A stretch of DNA of 64,000 nucleotides from Marsupella aquatica (lineage: Eukaryota; Plantae; Marchantiophyta). Both the position numbers and the translations under genes were made by a program. The first letter of the stretch is position 1. Every line of letters starts with the position of its first letter. Of the stretch, positions 1 to 12,719 are shown one piece after another. The stretch spans positions 8,792,184-8,856,183 of the forward strand of contig OZ316895.1 in the NCBI GenBank assembly GCA_973895155.1, read 5' to 3'. The notes under the pieces are model-generated. The model worked only from the letters and a program-made list of their open reading frames with translations, was not told the origin of the DNA and made no database searches.

Positions 1-1600
1 CATTGGCAAGGGATTCCAAGTCATTTATACTTGTGACTGAATGTTTTGGTCATTTTATGAGTGCCGCAACATGTCATTTATGCAAATGACATGGAAACAT
101 GTCATTTGGGATGTCAATATTGTGGTCACGTATGCCATGCATAATATGACTCCGGAGGGCCTTGAGGGGCTGATTGGCCATATTGGTGGTAGGAGCCTGC
201 AATTAAAAATGCTACCCACTCCACATGGTGCGGGATAGGGTACTCATCGACCCTGGGCCACTAGTTATGCCATTTTGCCTTCACAACCCTTTTTGACATA
301 TACTTTTTGCACCATGGAAGGGCATCACCCATTTTTGGGCAAAACACTCCCAAGTTGTATGACTTTGGAGTGATTTTCCAAAAGGGGTCCAATTCACTTG
401 CTTTTTGTCATTGGGACGGGATTCCAAGTCATTTATACTTGTGACTGAATGTTTTGGTCATTTTATGAGTGCCGCAACATGTCATTTATGCAAATGACAT
501 GGAAACATGTCATTTGGGATGTCAATATTGTGGTCACGTATGCCATGCATAATATGACTCCGGAGGGCCTTGAGGGGCTGATTGGCCATATTGGTGGTAG
601 GAGCCTGCAATTAAAAATGCTACCCACTCCACATGGTGCGGGATAGGGTACTCATCGACCCTGGTCCACTAGTTATGCCATTTTGCCTTCACAACACTTT
701 GTGACATATACTTTTTGCACCATGGAAGGGCATCACCCAACTTTGGGCAAAACACTCCCAAGTTGTATGACTTTGGAGTGATTTTCCCAAAGGGGTCCAA
801 TTCACTTGCTTTTTGTCATTGGCACTGGATTCCAAGTCATTTATACTTGTGACTGAATGTTTTGGTCATTTTATGAGTGCTGCAACACGTCATTTATGAA
901 AATGACATGAAAACATGTCATTTGGGATGTCAATATTGTGGTCATGTATGCCATGCATAATATGACTCCGGAGGGCCTTGAGGGGCTGATTGGCCATATT
1001 GGTGGTAGGAGCCCGCAATTAAAAATGCTACCCACTCCACATGGTGCGAGATAGGGTGTTCATCAACCATGGGCCACTAGTTATGCCACTTTGCATCCAC
1101 AAACCTTTTTGAGGTATACGTTTTGCACCATGGAACCTGGGCATCACCCAACTTTGGGCAAAACACTCCCAAGTTGTATGGCTTTGGAGTTATTTGCCCA
1201 AAGTGGTGCAAGTGGCTCTCATATTGTCATTTGCAAGAACTTATGGGTCATTTGTGCGCATGACTGAATATTTGAGTCATAAATCTATGGAGTGCTATGA
1301 GACATCATTTTTGCAAATGACATGATGTGAACGTACAAGTCATTGATGATGGCAATCTAGTAGTCACACAATAAGCCATGGACAATATGACTTGTTAGAG
1401 CCTGAGCTAGCATTTGATTGGCTATATCTTGGGGATGAACCCCACATTAAGTATGTCACCCACCCCAAATGGTGCGGGATAGGGTAATTGTGAACCCTGG
1501 TTACTAGTTATTCCACTGTGCGATATCCCTTTTCTGGGGTTGAGTCCTCCATTGTGTCATTTGTGCCCAATGGAGTGTTATAAAAGCCAATGATCTGAAC
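1..1600. repeat. 408-bp tandem repeat array (3 near-identical units plus a diverged 4th), continues off the left edge
   Basis: Units start at 1, 409, 817 and ~1228 (CATTGG...GATTCCAAGTCATTTATACTTGTGACTGAATG). The identical 65-aa ORFs at 41 and 449 are exactly 408 bp apart. The unit at ~1228 is clearly more diverged. Confidence 0.95.
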
Positions 1601-3109
1601 TCCTGTCATTGACACAATCATATGTTGGGTCATATCTACCAAATGACTCCAATACCCACCCCCGTACCCACCATTACACATGCCATTTTGTGCATCATTG
1701 ACAGAGTATCGTCAGAAAATGACCTGTTCAGGCAGAGGTTTAGAGTTGGGCCTTATAGTGGCATACATACGGCCCTACATACACCCAGGCATACACCACA
1801 CTACCTGACAAGAACAAGGTCACGAGGGTCTGAGACAAACAAAACTTGCTGACTTTTGGCTCCTAGTGGTAGTGCACAGTTACAATTTCTGGAGCCTTTG
1901 GATATGGAGCCCGATATGGACGCTGAGTTCTTTTTATTTTGTACGTTTATTGGTCATTTTCTACTATGCCGTTGTTGGTGTAATTGTTGATGTCATTGGT
2001 GATGTCCCTTGACCGTGGCTTTAGGTTGTTTGCACTCCATTTAGATTCAAGGTTTAGGGTCCCTAATTCAGATATAACATAAAGGGGTGGGTACAGGATT
2101 TAGTGTCTTTTTGTCCAAAGACTAGTTTAAACACAGTCATCTGGCCAAACTCTAAACCATTAGTTTCATACATAAAGGGGAGGGTATAGGATTTAGTGTA
2201 TTCTTCAAAGACGTTGTGGGAAAAGCAATAACCTGAAAAGTTCTAAGGGTTTAAAGTTTGGCTGGATGTGAATGGTTTGACAACTTTTTTTACATTGATT
2301 AAAATTGTTCTGATACCCCAAATAAAAAAAACAGTTGTGCCCCAAATTCCCCTTTTCCATATTAAATAGTCTGGTAAAGGAAGGGCACAATAAAATCACT
2401 AGTTTGCAATTTTCCTTGTCAGCTAGCCCATTTACACATTCTTTACAGGGTCTATAAGTCAAGCCTTGCACCCATGTACATTCCCTCACAACTTCTCACT
2501 TCTAATTTGGCTTTGGAACTCAACCCTTACACTAAAAAGGTCATCCAGATTGACTCGGGCCGGTGTCAACTTGGGTTCTAAAACCAAGCTTAACACCAAT
2601 TTGTAATCTTTTTTACAGGCCTACAAGGAGCTACTTGTAGTGTAAAATGGCATTTACTACGTCTTCATTTTGCAGTTTCAAAATCTCACTCCCAAAAAGT
2701 GTTGCCTTCACTACTTTGGGGTGCTTTAATTTAGGCTTTTCAAACTCTAATTAAATTCTATGGAGCTGTGGACCTAATGTCTATCTTTCACACTAATGAC
2801 CCTAGTTTGTTCACTCTTTTAGATGCACTTCTTCATCACAATAAATTTCTTCAGCTTTTTTATTAACTAGCCCATTTACACCCTGTTTACATATGATTTA
2901 CACACTATTACACCTCTGTTATAGGGTATTTAAGTCAAGACTTACACCCATGTAAATTTACTCATGAGTTTTCCAAGCTTGAGCACCGTCTATCCAATGG
3001 CCTGAGCCTGCGCTTGTACCTCACCTTTGTCTTTGGTAAGGGTTTCTTCCAACCTGGCATTCACCTTACCTTTGTCTTTTTTGAGGGTTTCTCCCGACCT
3101 GGGTGACGA

Positions 3110-3290
3110 CTACCTCCTGTCCTAGCCACCTTCCCGCCGCTACCCAATTTGAAAATGCAAGAGCTTCTTTCAATCGCTGAAACCTGCCCTGCTCACGGCT
3201 TCCTCCTGTCCTAGCGACCTTCCAGCCGCTACCCAATTTGAAAATGCAAGAGCTTGTTTCAGTCTCGCTGAAACCTGCCCTGCTCATGAG
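3110..3290. repeat. ~90-bp direct tandem duplication
   Basis: CCTCCTGTCCTAGC.ACCTTCC.GCCGCTACCCAATTTGAAAATGCAAGAGCTT...TCGCTGAAACCTGCCCTGCTCA occurs twice. Confidence 0.85.
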
Positions 3291-3679
3291 CTCAGCACTT
3301 GCGCTAGCAAAACTGCCTAATATTTCTTACGCCTAGCTTTCATGGTATCTAGTGGCAGTGGTGGAATATTTGAGGAGGAAGTGGATTGGGGACTCAAGGA
3401 TAAGGCAGCGGCTCATTTGAACAATGCGTAGCTTTGTAGTCAGAGCAAGGTCTCGCTGAATTGCACTACGACACAGACTCAGTGTTCCCTATTTTCTGCA
3501 TTGTTCCATATGTTTGTGGGAGAATACAGAAGCTTTGGATAGACTTTTTCTATTTGTCTGAACCACAAATCTTGGTGTTGGAAGGCTGTTTTGTTGGAAA
3601 TCGATCTAGCTATGTTGATACTCTTGCTCATGCGCCCAACAGCCATGGATCAACCTGCTGGTGCCAAAGTCGTTCTAGT

Positions 3680-4370
3680 GTTCAAGTTTCTTCTCAATAC
3701 GGTACGTGGATGTTTTCAAGTTCCAATGTCCGCACAATGAACTGCAAAATCCATTTTTCAAATTACTCACTCGATTATTGATGAATGTTGACAATCATTG
3801 GCTCATTAGAATTGTCTCTTGAAGATCTTTCCAATGATGTATTCCACGCAGAATTTCATTAGGATTTGACTCGGGAATGTCAAATCGAAAATTGCTGTCA
3901 AAAAAAGTTCTACGAAAATCTGAGAAATTCAATTTAGTGTAACTTTTTCAAATCTTAAGTAAAATCTGCGATCTTGGAGTGGTTAGAAGCGGATTTAACA
4001 GATCTTTCTGATGCACCATGCCACAACCATTCAACTCTTGAAGTTTCTCCTCAGTACAGTACGTGGATGTTTTCAAGCTTCACTGTCCATACGTACAATG
4101 AACTGCAAAATCCATTTTTCAAATTACTCACTCGATTCTTGATGAATGTTGACAATCATGTCTCATTAGAATCGTCTCCTGAAGATCTTTCCAATGATGT
4201 ATTCCACGCAGAATTTCATTAGGATTTGACTCGGGAATGTCAAATCGAAAATTGCTGTCAAAAAAGGTTCTGCGAAAATCTGAGAAATTCAATTTAGTGT
4301 AACTATTTGAAATCTTAAGTAAAATTTGCGATCTTGGAGTCTTTAGAAGCAGATTGAAGAGATCATCCTA
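3680..4370. repeat. ~360-bp direct tandem duplication
   Basis: The block containing ATGAATGTTGACAATCAT...GAAGATCTTTCCAATGATGTATTCCACGCAGAATTTCATTAGG recurs at 3781 and 4142. Confidence 0.9.
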
Positions 4371-5087
4371 ATGCATCATAGTACTCTTAGTTTTGTTGCG
4401 GATTGACAATGTCATTAACTCAAAATTATGTTGCTTTACAGGTCTGTCGGCCTAGAGAGGTTTTGAAAACGAATTTCTGCAAAAAAAAATTGGATTTAAA
4501 GAATTGCAGAATTGTCTCTGGCTTGCTACGTTTCCATTGACACTCAGGTCCTGCACTCATTTCAAGAGTTGTGTAAGGACTGTACCACATCTACGAGATC
4601 TGTAGAAAGATTTTTGCATGGAATTTTCTGAAGTAGAAAATGACCTGGTATTTGGCAGGTGGCAATCTCTTTCTCTCTCCCTTGTTTTTTTGGCTATCAC
4701 GTTTTCCCTCTGTCCCTCTTTGTTTTGTAGACTGCTGTCTGAGAAATCTGAACATGTGTATATCTCCAATGCAGCGTTTCAAGTGTTCTCGGCAATGGAC
4801 ACTTCTGGGCGGGCATGAAGTGGATGCAGCATAACGTTGGGGAGGGATCTGGGCGCCTCAAAGCTTAGAAGCATCCTTAATTCTAATTTGGGGAGTTCTC
4901 GTTTTTAGTGAATCAAAGTTTGGTCCAAGAAGTTGCTCATCTCTTGTGGCCTTGGTGATTGCATAATAGAAAACGAGAGAGCATGAATAGGACAACCTAT
5001 TGATACTTCTGGGCCACTTCTGGGCCACAAAGTTGATGCAGCATAAGGAGGGGGGATCTGAGAGGCGTTGTGCTCACAAGCATGTTA

Positions 5088-5541
5088 ATCTCTTTTAACA
5101 TAACTCTAGTTTGTTCTCTGTTGTGTACAGTAATGCTATGGCCATCCTATGGGTTTTGAGTACTTCACATTATAAGGTGATCATTTTTTCCTATTCTACC
5201 TTTGTGTGTGTCTTGCAATAAGCTACTTACTGCATATCACTTGTAAAACTTAAAGTATAAATATAGTGAAGTTTTTGTGTGGTGCAGGACAATTTGGTTT
5301 GAAAAGGTTATTTCTTGGAGGGTGAAACAAGAGCATTTGTGCCTAATCTCTTTTAAAATAACTGTAGTTTGTTCTCTGTTGTGTACAGTAGTGCTATGGC
5401 CATCCTATGGGTTTTGAGGACTTCACATCCTAAGGTGATCATTTTTTTCTAACCTTTGTGTGTTTCTTGCAATAAGCTACTTACTGCATATCACTTGTAC
5501 AGATTAAAGTATAAATGTAGTGAAGTTTTTGTGTGGTGCAG
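5088..5541. repeat. ~260-bp-period direct duplication
   Basis: AATCTCTTTTAA.ATAACT.TAGTTTGTTCTCTGTTGTGTACAGTA...GTGTGGTGCAG occurs at ~5088 and ~5345. Confidence 0.85.
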
Positions 5542-6983
5542 TAGGTTTGATTCTCAAGTTGGCATGGCAAAGTTGGGATTAATTCCTGAAAGATTAAAGT
5601 AATTCTTCATGCAAGGGGAAGTAATCCTTGAGATGATAGTGCAACTGGTATGCTCCAACTGTACCTTTAACTGTTAGATTGAGCTCATCATATTCCTCTG
5701 CCCAGGTGAAGAATGTCCCAACAGAGCCTCTGCCCAGGTGAATTTTCATTTTGTCTAACTAATTGAAACCAGACTGTCTAGCAATTATTTCACATAATAG
5801 AGATTACATGATGTCTCACAACTCTTGTGTGTGATTACAGGACTGTTGTTGCATCAATTGTACATTCTTGCCATGATCAATTTCTGGTGAGCAATGAAAT
5901 CACTCCTTGAGCAAGTTTGACAAAGTTCAAGGAGCATAAGCTAGTTTGGGGGATAGGATTAGATGGTCATGATTGCCCACATAGTCAATCTATTGACAGT
6001 TTCTGAAATGTACAATTGTTTGAAATAATAAAAATGTTTGGATCCTTTCAATATAAGATCTAGGAGTTCTTTGAGTTCTTTATTGTGAATGTCATATACA
6101 TGATGTTTTTGTTTTTGTTATTGTTTAGTGGTTTCCAATCATTGTGATGTAACATGTTTACATTTTTAATCTTGTTGTGGGTCTTGTTGTGGACTCATTG
6201 TGGATTTCATTTTGAACATCAATCATGTGAATCTGTGCAAGATCTCACCTCCCATGAACCCTAAAACCTGAGACACCCCAATGACATCCCAAATGACTTC
6301 ACCTAATGACATCTCATATGACAACCCTAATTGACATGCCATATGACATCTTAAATGACACCCAGTATGACTCTAAAATGACTCCATAATGACTACACGT
6401 GTTGCATGTTCACTTGCTAAATAGTTGTCATTTGCAATAGTCATTTGAGACATGACTGAAATAACTACTAATATTGCCCACCTGGTCAACTGGCATTGGG
6501 CCATGTGTCATATTTTCATTGGTGGAAACATATTTAGTCATTTCCGAAATGTTGGTAATGACTAGAAAAAAGAGGAGGTGTATCCTTGGTGTCATGCCAC
6601 ATGTTGCAACAGGATTGGTTTATTATTATGTCATTTACAACATGTCTTATATGACTTATAATGACAACATTGTGTGCACTTGTGTAATTGCCACATGTTC
6701 TAATATCATTTGTTTAGATATGTGTCATTTTGAATGTCATTAAAGACATGGACAAATCACTGACGGCCGTTCATTCAGTCATTTTGGACACCGTGTCATT
6801 TCCAAATATTTGTGTCATTTCAGACACCCATAAATGACTAATGGGAGTTTTAGTCATTTGTCTTATTTGACTGTCCTAAAAGACAAGGCAGGTATGACCA
6901 AAAAGCTCTAGTCATAAAATGGTAGAAATGACTGATTTTTTAGTCCTCATTAGAGTCCTTAAAGACAATGTTTTCTACTAGTG

Positions 6984-9077
6984 AATAGCCGGCAGTAGAC
7001 GTTGTACATCGGGGCCAGGGGACCAGGGAGTACATCCCCTTGACAGTGAGACAGACTTATGAGGGAGAGGTTGAAGCTGAGATGGACGAAGATGATGAGT
7101 AGATGGATCTGTTTTGTTGTGAGTAGGTGACTCTTTGAAGTGCAATGAGTAGCAAATATGAGCAATAAATGGATGACTTGTTTGTGCAACCGCAGTAACT
7201 TGGTGAGTAGGATGCCAGACGAAAATGGCATGTGTGAGTATGAGAAGCAGGCTGTCAAACACCGAGCATGGGTTCAGCAATGTGCCGCAGCCCTGTTGGG
7301 TGATGTGCAAGAGGCTATTTCGGATATGTAAGGGATTGTGCATAGTATGAGCTGTATGTGTATGTCCTTGTGTGCGTCTGTTCATTGTGTAGCTTTTGTA
7401 ATGGACTACTACATTCATAACCCGTGTCGAATTTCATGTGGGTGTTGCAGTAACAAAAGTATCCCAACACTGTCGAAGCGGAGTCATTGTAGACGGAAGA
7501 CCTTTTGTAATCCTGACGGACCTAGGCGACGCAGTGAGAGGTTGACTTCAAAGACCCCTATTTCAATGGCTGAATCTCCTGATAAGAATGAGTTGCGGGC
7601 GATGCACATTGCTGGCAGGGTTGAGCACCCAATTGCACATCCATTACATGAGCCTGCAAACATTGAGGAAGTTGTGCCTACAAAGAAGAGTGGTATGTGT
7701 CATCTGAAATCATGTTTAGTGTAGTGTGACTTTACCTGGGAATTTGAGGTTCATGGGTGCAGGATGGTTCAGGTTCAGGTTCTAGACCCTCAAGGTTTGT
7801 TACATTGTGCATCAGGTGATCAAATTGCAGTGGCTGCAGCAGATCCAAAGATCATCGAACCTGGTACAACTATCATTGACAGTAAGTAAATGTTGGTTTG
7901 AATCCTCTGTCTGGCCTATTAATGTGGTTGAGTATCTATGCAATGTACGTTCAATTAGTGCAAACTTGATGGTTTGTTGAGAGCTTTAGTGCAAATATGC
8001 TTAGTTGTTGATGAAGGAATTTGTGGCTGCTCTTGAGGTACAGAGCCAACACAGGAGGAGGTGCGCATGCCAAATCCAGCAGGCAGGAAGAGGAGACAAA
8101 ACTTAGAGGCTACCAAATTTTCAGATTCACAAGAGAAGCAGAGTGATGAGAATGATGTGATTTTCATAGACTCTCAGCCTCCCCCAGGGATTGGAGATGA
8201 GTTTTCTCAATCCCCACCACTGGTGAACATGGGAAAGATGAGGACCAGAAACAGTGGGAAGGAGACTTTGCCTTACAAGGCACCAAAGAAGAAGAGGAAT
8301 ATTAATTCTCCAAAAGGGACAGCAGTGAGCATTGTAGCACAGTCTTCTAGGCTAATGGCAACTGATAATTCTGGTGTTTGTGTTGGGACCGGCATACTTC
8401 AAATTGAAGCAAGTACTTTCCATGGAAAGAAGGTACTTGCTGATCATGTTGTGTTGTTACTGACTGTTGTCAGTAAGCCAAAATATCTTCTACCCTTTCC
8501 AAACAAGGGAGATGATCTGCCACACATCCATCTTGTGGATGCTGTGGAATCATTTGTGATGTGGCCAGAGAAATCTGTAGAGTGTTAGGTACCAAGTACA
8601 ATTTGAGACTCAAATGTGAAGGATTGTTTCAATATATGGCCACAATTTTGACTACATGATGTGTAATACTCTTGATGGACTGTTCATATTTTTACTCTGT
8701 TATTATGCCATTGTTAGTTGGATTGGTGCTTTTGTGGCATGAATGACTCAGTCTCGAATATGAATGACATCATTGTCTACGGAAACTAGTGCGGTCAAAT
8801 CAGTGTTACCAATCACTCATGGAAAACCCTATATGACTCGAACTAAGTCAGTATGAGTCACTTATGTTTGACTGATGTATAGATCTAAATACTTGACCCT
8901 CTAGTCACTAAAAAGACTATTGACACTAGTCAATAATATGACTAAGTCAATCCAAGTCACCACTTTTACGACTACTAGTTGCAAGAATGACGTCAGTGAT
9001 CTAATATCATAGATGACCGGTTTTAGTCATAGTCAGTCATATTTTATGGTCAAAAATAGGGGGTATTTCTACTAGTG
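6984..9077 (+). mobile_element. Right arm of a second (outer) CACTA transposon
   Basis: Ends in GGGGGTATTTCTACTAGTG at 9077 (reverse complement CACTAGTAGAAATACCCCC). It has ATGAC/AGTCA-rich subterminal repeats at 8740-9060 and contains a TnpA-like ORF. Confidence 0.8.
7566..8588 (+). CDS. CACTA accessory (TnpA/ORF2-like) protein, spliced; only the last exon (~8017-8588) is well supported
   Basis: The C-terminus (VGTGILQ..STFHGKKV..HVVLLLTVV..LLPFP...LVDAVESFVMWP) fits the pattern I recall for the C-terminal domain of plant CACTA ORF2 proteins. It lies just inside a CACTA end. Upstream exons are inferred from GT/AG sites. Confidence 0.55.
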
Positions 9078-9999
9078 ACATTAGGGGAGTGGAAACACTC
9101 ACGACCCTGCCGTGCGAGCTCACGCGCAAAGCATGTGCACAAAAAAAATGTCGTGTGAAATGACAGGAACGTGCAAAAATTCTGTAACATGTCAGTGATT
9201 TGGCGGGTCATCCTCTGAAAACATTATCCACCCTGTATTCTATTCAAGATATAAGCATGTTTAGCTTTTCCGCGCCTAAGCCAACGGTTACTCCAAACCC
9301 TAATTTGTTTAACTATATATAATCTAATACATTTTTATACATGGCTGTAAATGTCTACACTGCTTTGTATATGTTGTGGTTGCACTATGCTTGGTTCATC
9401 CAACATTGTGGTCATTGTATCCAGTGATGTCAATGTATACATGATCTAACTATGAGGCTCTATTTCATTGTGCGGCCGCACAACATAAGGTTTGTTTGAC
9501 ATCACGGTTCATGTTTGTACGCATTGTTGTCAATGTCTACATTGCGGGATACATTGATTCACTCGGAACTGCGATCGTAGTCGACCGCATTCGGCGACGC
9601 GGTCGGACACTGAAGAATAGTAGAACATGCTGCATTTTACAGTGACAATCTTGCGTTATAAGAACTGCACAATGTGTTAGAAGAACATATCACACGAAAT
9701 GGTACCTCTGGTGGGCCCGGAGGTCCACTGGGAGGGAGTGGGAAACTTTTGGTCCATTAAAAGAGAAAGTTGCATTTGGAGGTCCACTAAGTATATCTCT
9801 CAAATTGAACCTGGACCCAAAAGTGGGGCTGGCCTGAAACTGAAGTGAAGTGAGACACAAAATGGAGAGAGCATTCCGGTGGGCTGTGGAGGAGAATCTA
9901 AGTGCATTGAATGACAATGCAGGGACTCGTCTCCCTGAGTTCTGAAGTCACGAGGTGCAGTGCAGTTAATTCCATATTCATTCAGTTTGCAAGGAAGTG

Positions 10000-10980
10000 G
10001 TGTGTCAGTCATGACAATCATAGACATGACAAAGTGCACCAGCACGACAATCATAGACATGACAAAGTGCACCAGCTTAATTCACTGTGGGCATTGAAGA
10101 TCATTGCACAGCCAGCCAACCAGTACGCGCGTGCCATATATGTGCCACAACTATTATAGAGCAGTTCCAGTCTTGCTCACGTTTCCTGGTTACAGTATAT
10201 AAAGTGCTCCCGTATTTTTCGTGTTCAGCCGCGATCGAGGGATCACTCTGCAGAACACTTAATTACAGTAGAGGTTTTTGGAGTTCGGGAATGCACTTTC
10301 GGGAACATGTTTGCATGCTCAGATTTCGAGAATTGCAGCTGGACATTCAATCCCAAGATGTACGTAAGGTTGACATCTCAAATCTCACCATCGGAATTCC
10401 ACGCCTCAAGTCTCGAAATCGATCTATCTCGAGAATTTGGGGACAAATATATGCTGTTCAATTTCTCTAATTTTGAAAGACCGTTCATCTACCATTATTC
10501 CATTGAGATGCGTCGATCTGCACCATTCTCTTTCTTGCCATATATTCGATTTCTGGTACGTGGGAGGGGTGGCTGCTCATCATAGAATTTCCCTCAGGAC
10601 CATTTGAATTTGACACTATTCCTTGCCCTGAATCGATCATGTAGTCGAGGCTTATCGACCGACAAGCTTCAATGCATGTAACCTTCAACTGAGGGTGTGG
10701 TTTCTGCTCGGCCGTACTGTGCGTTCCACTTCGTCGCACCCTATACCCTTGATTATTTTCAGCTTGGATTGCGTGGCCCACCCAATTTGAATTTGTTTGC
10801 CACAACAAGGCCCGTTGAGTCATTAATGGTAAGTTTGTACTCTAACGATAGTTTCCAAGGTCTGAAAGTTCAAGAGCTTCGAAGGAAAGAAACGAGTACA
10901 AAAATTGGCTTCTTGATTGGGCCATTTCTATTTTTGCAGAAAGGTTCGATGCCTACGTACCATCTCAAGGGTACTGCTAT
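10000..10980. repeat. Copy A of a ~1-kb locally repeated upstream module
   Basis: Shares TCAGTCA..ACAATCATAGACATGAC...GCCAGCCAAC..GTAC..GCCAT..GTGCCACAACTA...GTTCCAGTCTTGCTCACGTTTCCT.GTTACAGTATATA...CTCAGATTTCGAGAATTG with the copies at 11.4, 19.3, 32.9 and 34.6 kb. Confidence 0.85.
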
Positions 10981-11409
10981 CAAGAATTATCAATAACAAT
11001 AATAAGAGGTGCTCCAAAAGATCCAGTCATTCAAATTTAGTCATTCAAATTTAGAGGGTGAAAAGAACCAAAACCGTAAACGAAAGGAACATAATTAAAG
11101 CAAAATTAAACGTGACCCTGCAATATCGCGCAGCCCTAAGCTCCTCCGCCGCCCCACGACTGTTTTCTCCCAGCCCTGCGTCACGCCGCGGCCATCCCGT
11201 GTCGCAGCACTGCGGCTCCCTCGCCTCGCCACTCCCTTTCGCTCCCTCTCAACTCACTCTCGACTCCCGCTCGCTCCCTCTGCCGACGACCTACGACAGA
11301 CCCCCGAGTCGCGCCCTTGCCGTCTCGCCCTTGCCGTCTCGCCCCAACCCTCCTGGATAAGAATTACTGGCACAGCTGATCGACCAGGCAGTAGATCTCG
11401 ATAAGCTGC

Positions 11410-12440
11410 AAGCATTGTCGTCATTCATTTCTGCTGTCATTCTCAGAGTGGTGTGAAATGCGTCCTGTACACGCTGTGAGATCTCTTCAATAGTCAAAAG
11501 TGTCAAAAGTGGCAAATGCTTTAATTCTGAGGTCATGAGGTGAACTTGCCTTTTTAATGAACTTAAAATAAGTTTACTATGTTCTTTGATTGTTTTGGGG
11601 GACTCCTCGCTTATTGTGCCTCTCTGGTCTTCTTCTGGTCGTTTCTCTTTCCTCCCTCTTTTTATTGGTTCTTTTTCCTTTTGGGACTGGGATCCTGTCT
11701 CCAGGTTTGGCGCCTTTTGGACTTTCGCACTCTGATATACACTTTACTGAAGAGATTTTATGCATTGTTTACAAGGAAGCCGTTGACTGTTGGTGCAACG
11801 CACAACTCAGTCACCATAATCACAGACATGACCAAGTGTACCAGCTGAATAAAACATGGCCATTCAAGATTGCTGCAGAGCCAGCCAACTGGTACATGCC
11901 ATATATGTGCCAAAACTACTCTTAGAGCAGTTCCAGTCTTACTCAAGTTTCTTAGTTACATTATGTATACTGCTCCGTGTTTTGCGTGTAGAGCGGAGAT
12001 CGAGTGGATTCCAATGAGAGCGGAACAGTGCTTACAGTAGAGGATTTTCCGGGTTCAGGATTGCATTTTCGGGACTAAGGTTGCATTTTCAGGAGCTTGT
12101 TGCTAAAATTTCGATGGAGAATTGCAGGTAAACATTTAATTCCAAGATATAAGGTCGGCATTCTTCTCTGATCCTGCAATGAATATTTACCATCTGCTTT
12201 GCACGTCTGAAGTCTCTAAATTATTCTAATCTTGAGAACTTGGTGGACAAATGCTGATTGTTTCTATAATTCGTAGGGAAAGTTCGATGCGTTCATCTGC
12301 TGTTATTCCACTGGGGATCCGTCAGATATGTACCATTGCCATCGATCTTCATGGAGCGAAAAGAGTAAAAAGAATTCTACACACATCAATCAATTGCGGA
12401 AAAGACGGCAAGTGTCTTCTTATCCTTAAAGCTCTAAGTG
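11410..12440. repeat. Copy B of the ~1-kb upstream module (with a ~160-bp insertion)
   Basis: Colinear with 19315-19935/22112-22430 and with 32910-33650. Confidence 0.85.
11579..11740 (+). mobile_element. Short T/C-rich insertion, probable 3' fragment of a non-LTR element
   Basis: Absent from the paralogous site at ~33080. Flanked by AGTTTACT / ACTTTACT (TSD-like). Its 3' end resembles that of the 14032-14355 insert. Confidence 0.5.
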
Positions 12441-12719
12441 TATACTTTACAATGTTTTGTGGAAAAAGGATGTCTTGATTCTTCGCTTTCCGTCCTGTGT
12501 AATAGTCGAAGTATGTATATGCTTTGCTTATTTGGAGCATGTGTAATTGTCGAAGTATGTATATGCTTTGCTTATTTGCTCGCTTATTTGGAGCAAGTGA
12601 GCAATTCACAAATGAGTCCAGCCGTGATTTTTCTTCTAAAATTAATTTTCAAGACTGGCCTAACTACTCCTTCTTTGAACGTGAATAGAAATGAGGGTAA
12701 AAAAGTGTTGATGTCAGCA

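Larger units (their letters stand above)
1..6983. mobile_element. CACTA (En/Spm) DNA transposon, right-hand part, probably non-autonomous; left end outside the window
   Basis: Ends in ...CAATGTTTTCTACTAGTG at 6983 (reverse complement CACTAGTAGAAAACATTG, a CACTA terminus). It is preceded by dense ATGAC/GTCAT subterminal motifs at ~6280-6960. The left extent is inferred from the same motif in the 408-bp array. Confidence 0.7.

Noticed and set aside
41-646. Two identical 65-aa ORFs
   Set aside because: They are a by-product of the 408-bp repeat, and the frame is broken in unit 3.
1-1600. CRISPR-like array
   Set aside because: Whole units repeat with no unique spacers, the context is eukaryotic, and there are no cas genes.
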